In this document: positions 16,780 to 20,041 of the stretch, piece by piece
Position numbering within the stretch: the first letter of the stretch is position 1
Layout of the letters: each line of letters starts with the position of its first letter
Assembly (NCBI GenBank): GCA_038243585.1
Contig: JBBSQY010000056.1
Span: 1-20,041 of the forward strand
From: Candidatus Sumerlaeales bacterium
Lineage (GTDB): Bacteria > Sumerlaeota > Sumerlaeia > Sumerlaeales > Sumerlaeaceae
Direction of reading: 5' to 3'
DNA length: 20,041 bases
Notes under the pieces: model-generated
The model's input: the letters and a program-made list of their open reading frames with translations, nothing else
Databases searched by the model: none
Told to the model about the DNA's origin: nothing
Position numbers and translations under genes: made by a program

Positions 16780-18159
16780 ATGACTTTTGGAAAAACAGAG
16801 CGCATGGTGGCGGTCGTCATCGGCATCGTAGCCCTTGCGGCGACTATTCATTTTCTGATATTTCAGAAAAAAGCCGAGACGTATAACCAGACAAGCCAGG
16901 AATATACGGCCGCGGTAGAGCAACTGTCGACGGCAGAATTCATACGGAACCAGCAAGCATTTGAAGAGTATAAGCAACGCACCAGTCAATACTCGGACCT
17001 GGTGACTAGCGTAGTCGACGAGTTAAACCTTGTTAAGCTGGACCTGCCTACCTCACCACCGGTGGGAGCAGTCGACCGGTGGGCTTCCGGGACAATTGAA
17101 TTGCTCACAAAGCTGACGGCAGCGCCGCCAGCCAATCTGCAATTGCCGTTTCTTGGAAAAGATGGCTGGGACCTGTCGGCGCAATTGCCGGCGGTGGGGG
17201 GTGCGGGGGCCCTGGCAGATCGAGTCAGCCAGTTAAATGGCACCTATCAGGAATTGCAGGTCGCCAAAGGCAACGTCCAGGCAGAGTGGCAGGTGCTGAA
17301 AAACTATAATGCCCGCCTGACAGCACTGGGCGTAAACCCGCAGCAGGTTTCCAACTTCTATTACCCGGCAGGTGGTGGGCTGTTTTTCAATAATGAGGAA
17401 TGGATTAAGGCGGTATTAAGTCAGTCTGGCGCGAGCCGGATGGCTACGTCTAACGACTTGCAGCCTTATTATAACATTTATGGTTTGCAGCGTTTTGGGC
17501 AGGCAATTCCGGTGCTAAAGAAGATATGGCTTTATGCGCTTGTCAGCCGCGCGATGCAAGCCCAGAACCCGGAAACGGTTCGCGTTGATCCGAATATTCT
17601 TCCGCGGTTTGGTGAGGCGCTCCAGATAGGCGTTCCGCTAGAGGATGAACCCCTCAACAGCATTAATAAGCAATTGACCGCCCTGCTGGATATTATAGCG
17701 ATTGCAGGCCAGACCGGCATTCAGGAAATACAACAGGTTCGCTTCATGCGCCCAATAAATGTGGGCAAGGCAACATTGAGAGTGCCGGGAGCGCTGCCAC
17801 CCGTGACTACACCAGCGCCTACTCCGGCAAATGCTATGGGTGGAATGGGTATGGGTATGATGGAAATGGGATTGATGGGCGGAATGGGCGGCCCGAATGC
17901 CCAGCCGATGGTAACTCCAATCCCAGACGCGGAACGTGTTGGTACCGGGGCTGGAATAGAACTGGTCTTAAAAGCAGACAACGCCAGCTTAACGCGGTTC
18001 TACTATCAGCTAAGTCACGTTACCCGCACTTACGGAATCGATGATCTGTATGTTTATAGCTCTCCCCAGGGAGTGTTTACCACCGCGACTGTTGAAGTAA
18101 TAACGGATATTAATACACAGGGCACCGCCGGCGCGGCACCTGCAGAGGGAGCAATTTAA
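16780..18159 (+). CDS. Membrane-anchored hypothetical protein (N-terminal TM, coiled coil, Met/Gly-rich insert; possible PilO/GspM-like C-terminus)
   Basis: 459-aa ORF. TM segment MVAVVIGIVALAATIHFLIF, a helical heptad-like stretch, and PPVTTPAPTPANAMGGMGMGMMEMGLMGGMGGP. The CDS is well supported; the PilO-like call is only an architectural impression. Confidence 0.75.
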   Translation: MTFGKTERMVAVVIGIVALAATIHFLIFQKKAETYNQTSQEYTAAVEQLSTAEFIRNQQAFEEYKQRTSQYSDLVTSVVDELNLVKLDLPTSPPVGAVDRWASGTIELLTKLTAAPPANLQLPFLGKDGWDLSAQLPAVGGAGALADRVSQLNGTYQELQVAKGNVQAEWQVLKNYNARLTALGVNPQQVSNFYYPAGGGLFFNNEEWIKAVLSQSGASRMATSNDLQPYYNIYGLQRFGQAIPVLKKIWLYALVSRAMQAQNPETVRVDPNILPRFGEALQIGVPLEDEPLNSINKQLTALLDIIAIAGQTGIQEIQQVRFMRPINVGKATLRVPGALPPVTTPAPTPANAMGGMGMGMMEMGLMGGMGGPNAQPMVTPIPDAERVGTGAGIELVLKADNASLTRFYYQLSHVTRTYGIDDLYVYSSPQGVFTTATVEVITDINTQGTAGAAPAEGAI

Positions 18160-18161
18160 TC

Positions 18162-18356
18162 ATGATTGATAATGAACTTCTGGACATTCTTGCCTGCCCC
18201 AAATGTAAAGGGGAGCTTGACTATAAGGTTGCGGCTGATGAGAAGAACGGTGAGCTGATATGCAATCAATGCCTTCTGCGCTACATGGTAGTCGACGACA
18301 TTCCTAATCTGATCATCGAAGACGCGATACCTTTAGATAGAGGTGTCTCTGGATGA
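18162..18356 (+). CDS. Trm112-like (YcaR/UPF0434) small zinc-finger protein
   Basis: MIDNELLDILACPKCKGEL...LICNQCLLRYMVVDDIPNLIIEDA matches the family pattern. RBS GAGGGAG. Starts 2 nt after the upstream stop. Confidence 0.92.
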   Translation: MIDNELLDILACPKCKGELDYKVAADEKNGELICNQCLLRYMVVDDIPNLIIEDAIPLDRGVSG

Positions 18357-19129
18357 GTCCCCGTGCAAAAACGGCTCGAAACACTGAGATTTATCGTGCT
18401 GACGATGAGGTTTGGGTGTCGTTGAGAGGTCCCCTTGCGGTAGAAGATATTGAAGCGTTAAAAAAAGCTGTATTGCCAGCGATCACACGTGGCGTTCAAC
18501 GAGTTTACGTGGATTTAAAATCGATTGATAATATGGATAGCGCAGGCATTGGACTCTTAATGAAATTTAAGATGACCGCCAAAATGCACAACGCGGGAAC
18601 AACGCTTGTAGATCCTGTCGACAACGTGGCGGAGGTGCTAGCCATTTCTCGGGTAGACGGAATTTTTGATATGGTATCTGGCCCCGATGCCGATGTTTTA
18701 CGAAAACGCATCAGGCAACCGTCCAATGAATGGGTAGATCAGCAATTGTCGTCCAGCGAAGATGTCTCCTCCCCGTTCCGAGAGGAAGGTCAATCTTTTC
18801 CACAGGTAAGCTCCGAAGGCGCATTTCAAGACGTCAAGAGCGAGGCGGTGAGGGTCCATGAATTGGTAGAAGAGCAATGCCGCAATGCGGTAGAAGCCAT
18901 GCGCCAGGGTAACTACGAAAATTCTATTGAGGCTTATAAAAGCGCATTGGCTTTAGATCCAAACTATCTACCGGCGCTAAACAATCTAGCCATCGTCTAC
19001 GAGAAACAACCTGTGTGGCGGCCTTTGGCTGTTGATATATGGAATAAAGTACTGGAACTAAGCCGCGAGCGCGATGACACCAAGCACGCGAATCGGGCGG
19101 AGCGCCACCTGGCGGATTTGGCAGACTAG
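18353..19129 (+). CDS. STAS (anti-sigma-factor antagonist) domain fused to a C-terminal TPR domain
   Basis: VSLRGPL...VYVDLKSIDNMDSAGIGLL...VAEVLAISRVDGIF (STAS, with the conserved DSxG Ser); QGNYENSIEAYKSALALDPNYLPALNNLAIVYE (TPR). ATGA overlap with the Trm112-like gene. Confidence 0.9.
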   Translation: MSPRAKTARNTEIYRADDEVWVSLRGPLAVEDIEALKKAVLPAITRGVQRVYVDLKSIDNMDSAGIGLLMKFKMTAKMHNAGTTLVDPVDNVAEVLAISRVDGIFDMVSGPDADVLRKRIRQPSNEWVDQQLSSSEDVSSPFREEGQSFPQVSSEGAFQDVKSEAVRVHELVEEQCRNAVEAMRQGNYENSIEAYKSALALDPNYLPALNNLAIVYEKQPVWRPLAVDIWNKVLELSRERDDTKHANRAERHLADLAD

Positions 19130-19266
19130 ATGTGAATTGTTTTTTTCGGTTTTATCAGCCCAGCCTTATGAACAAAAACCTGCTGCTGATAGAAACTGGG
19201 TGGGGGAAACCGGCGTAAAAAAATCTGCGTCCGGCACAGTTTCTAAATGTTGGAGAAAATGACGTT

Positions 19267-20041
19267 ATGGGAAAGGCGACTGGCTTTCTTGAGATTCAGC
19301 GGGAATTAACCGAACGGCGCGATCCGCTGGTAAGACTAGAGGATTACAACCAGGTTTACCATCAGGCTCCAGAGGAGCTTGTGAAAAAGCAGGGCGCAAG
19401 ATGTATGGACTGCGGTATCCCTTTCTGCCATACCGGTTGTCCTGTGGGCAATGTTATCCCCGACTGGAACGATCTTGTCTATCGGAGCCGCTGGAAAGAA
19501 GCTATCGACACCCTTCACGCCACTAACAATTTCCCGGAATTTACAGGCTGGGTATGCCCCGCCCCATGTGAAGCCAGCTGCGTACTGGGAATTAACGACG
19601 ATCCCGTGACGATCAAACAAATTGAACTGGCTATCGTGGAACACGCCTGGAAAGAGGGCTGGATTGTTCCGATGCCCCCAAAAAGGCGGACTGGCAAAAA
19701 GGTAGCAGTTGTCGGAAGCGGTCCTTCCGGTCTGGCGTGCGCGCAGCAGCTAAACAGGGCCGGTCATACAGTTACAGTATTTGAGCGGGCTGACCGCATC
19801 GGCGGTCTGCTTCGCTACGGCATTCCTGATTTCAAACTGGAAAAATGGGTTGTTGAACGCCGCGTAGACCAGATGCGCGATGAAGGTGTGGAGTTTCGTA
19901 CCAACGTCAATGTGGGAGTAACTGTAACTGCAGAGGAACTGCGAGAGCAATTTGACGCCATAGCCCTCTGCGGTGGTTCAACAAAGCCCCGCGATCTTCC
20001 CGCCCCAGGGCGTGAACTTGACGGCGTTCATTACGCCATGG
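19267..20041 (+). CDS. gltD: Glutamate synthase small (beta) subunit; 3' end outside the window
   Basis: Not in the ORF track. ATG at 19267 with GGAG upstream: [13 protein letters not shown]...[31 protein letters not shown]...[25 protein letters not shown]...[47 protein letters not shown]. Open to the window end. Confidence 0.96.
   Translation, partial: MGKATGFLEIQRELTERRDPLVRLEDYNQVYHQAPEELVKKQGARCMDCGIPFCHTGCPVGNVIPDWNDLVYRSRWKEAIDTLHATNNFPEFTGWVCPAPCEASCVLGINDDPVTIKQIELAIVEHAWKEGWIVPMPPKRRTGKKVAVVGSGPSGLACAQQLNRAGHTVTVFERADRIGGLLRYGIPDFKLEKWVVERRVDQMRDEGVEFRTNVNVGVTVTAEELREQFDAIALCGGSTKPRDLPAPGRELDGVHYAM

Noticed and set aside
16660..16989. Track ORF 16660..16989 (-) and the other short ORFs nested in or antisense to phrB, radA, htpX, lemA, comF, pgk and gltD
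   Set aside because: They overlap well-supported genes and show no motifs; expected shadow ORFs in moderately GC-rich DNA.
19231..19248. Sigma-54-like promoter (CGGCACAGTTTCTAAA) upstream of gltD
   Set aside because: It has a GGCAC -24-like element but lacks the required GC at -12.

Overview
Bacterial chromosomal window with an accessory left third and a housekeeping remainder. The left part (1-6.5 kb) holds secreted proteins: a truncated SGNH/GDSL hydrolase, a 748-aa Asp-box (BNR) repeat beta-propeller protein and a convergent 925-aa ELWxxDGT-repeat protein. The last two are separated by a ~700-bp palindrome-rich (REP-like) spacer. Next come a DNA-repair-flavoured block (CPD photolyase, radA, a DUF2400/TIGR02757 protein) with a small hicB-hicA toxin-antitoxin pair inside it, a zinc-finger/lemA/htpX-like operon, comF, pgk, a Gln-rich exported thioredoxin-fold protein, a three-gene operon (membrane-anchored unknown, Trm112-like, STAS-TPR) and the 5' part of gltD. 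Three real genes are missing from the ORF track: the GDSL hydrolase, hicA and gltD. The most notable observation is that the two unrelated large secreted proteins end in the same short motif, TAARDWSLFD* and SKVNDWTLY*, a candidate C-terminal protein-sorting signal unlike LPXTG, PEP-CTERM or the T9SS CTD. From memory such tails occur in Candidatus Sumerlaeota (BRC1) proteins, but I could not verify this. All family assignments come from motif recognition by eye; no searches were run.
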